This document shows positions 62,924 to 64,000 of a stretch of DNA of 64,000 nucleotides, one piece after another. The stretch is from positions 22,534 through 86,533 of the forward strand of contig MU004185.1 of NCBI GenBank assembly GCA_010093605.1, given 5' to 3'. The DNA comes from Lophium mytilinum (Eukaryota). Under the pieces are notes generated by a model, which saw nothing but the letters and a program-made list of their open reading frames with translations, was not told the origin of the DNA and searched no databases. Position 1 is the stretch's first letter; each line of letters begins with the position of its first letter. The position numbers and the translations under genes are program-made.

Positions 62924-64000
62924 TTAAACATTAACAGTACAAGCGCCACCCGTAGGGACAATGCTAACAGCATCAAACTCAAGGTTACAACTGCTAACAG
63001 CGCACGTAGACCGGATAGACAAGACAGCGGTAGTACCTCCAGCCACAAAAGAGAACGAGTACTTGTACATCTGGCTATTGGAAGTCGTCAATGGAAGCGT
63101 CAGGACGGTAGTCCCATCCATGCTCACGACACTTGCCGAGTTCGAATCTCGCTGGTTCCAGAATGTGACGGTGTACGCGCCGCCGGGTGTCAGCTGTTGG
63201 ATGGTGTTGCTGATGGTGACTACGTCTTGCACATCGTGCAATTGGACCATTCCAACCATGGTGCCGTCTATGGCCGTGACGCCTATTTCAGATGCTGGTA
63301 TAAAAATGAATGCCGAATACTCGTTGTCGACGATAGGGGTGATATAATTGACACTCCAGTCTCCCCCGTATGACTCGAAATTGGCATCCTTTATATACCC
63401 GGGGCCACAGGTCGGCAATGGCGTAGCTGATGAAGTGCTCGAGGATGTGGAGGTTGTGGTAGGCGCAGCCGATGAAGTACTTGACAGCGTCGAGGTGGGC
63501 GACGCGGAGCTGGAAGCCGAGCTGAAAGGGATAAGCTTAGCGCCCATAACGCCCGTATTAGATTGTGCGTCGTTTGCTTCCGATTTCATGTAGCAAGGGC
63601 CCGGAGTTCCAGGGACATAAGAGACATCCACGCAGCCTGCGGTTGCGCTGCAAGTCTGTTTTACGAGTCAGCTACATAGCTTGTTGTGAAACGGTGTCTA
63701 CTCACTGAGATGCAGCTTTCGAGGCTAGATTTCCAGGATATGGCCAAATCTCCGTCGTAACGGTCCATAAAGCACTCGATGAGATATACTGAGCCAGTGC
63801 TGTCAACATAGCAAGAGCCGGCTGGTTCAGGACAAGAGAGTGGACTGGTCATGAAGCCGCCGGTGCAAACTCCGGGGGTCGAGGTTGGGGTCGCTACGGA
63901 GATGACCGATGAGGATGCGGAAGAGGTGGTTTGGGTGAGGTAGCAATTGAGGACGTGGACGAAGGGAGAGCGCCCTGCTTGACAGCGCCCCACACGCCTC
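62924..64000 (-). CDS. Probably secreted/cell-surface protein (PAN/apple-like Cys domain, S/T linker, C-terminal carbohydrate-binding-like domain); 5' end outside window
   Basis: YLIECFMDRYDGDL...SLESCI|..CSATAGCVDVSY....PCYMKS, a Ser/Thr-rich linker, then a DANFES..GDW beta-rich domain. Intron ~63659-63707. Confidence 0.7.

Overview
Fungal genomic window: a filamentous ascomycete, probably Dothideomycete/Pleosporales-like (inferred from short GT-AG introns with CTRAC branch sites, RIP and gene families). (1) 1-~10,500 is an AT-rich block erased by repeat-induced point mutation (RIP), with an assembly gap at 1865-2679. It holds relics of ordinary-looking genes rather than any transposase or reverse transcriptase I could recognise. 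These include a RIP-destroyed paralog of the adjacent intact Myb/SANT-like gene, and the block ends in a diverged tandem array with a ~151-bp period. (2) ~10.5-34.3 kb is an island of orphan regulatory genes: a Myb-like protein, an unusual RapZ-C-like/CCCH-CCCH/RapZ-C-like protein, five RING-finger genes with a CxHxFGxxC-type signature (one degenerate), a C2H2 transcription factor and a triple zinc-knuckle protein, with one aldo-keto reductase inside it. (3) 34.8-41.3 kb has an FAD oxidase, a P450 and a rhodopsin/PTH11-like membrane gene (premature stop), with no backbone synthase. (4) 42.1-47.7 kb has an F-box-like/ankyrin gene and a HET-domain gene (apparent frameshift). (5) 48-62.7 kb is a compact putative catabolic cluster: Zn-ADH, two SDRs (one with a premature stop), two BVMO/FMO-type monooxygenases, an MFS transporter and a Zn2Cys6 transcription factor. 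(6) A probably secreted PAN/apple-like protein is cut by the window end. All family calls come from motifs read by eye; no database search was run.
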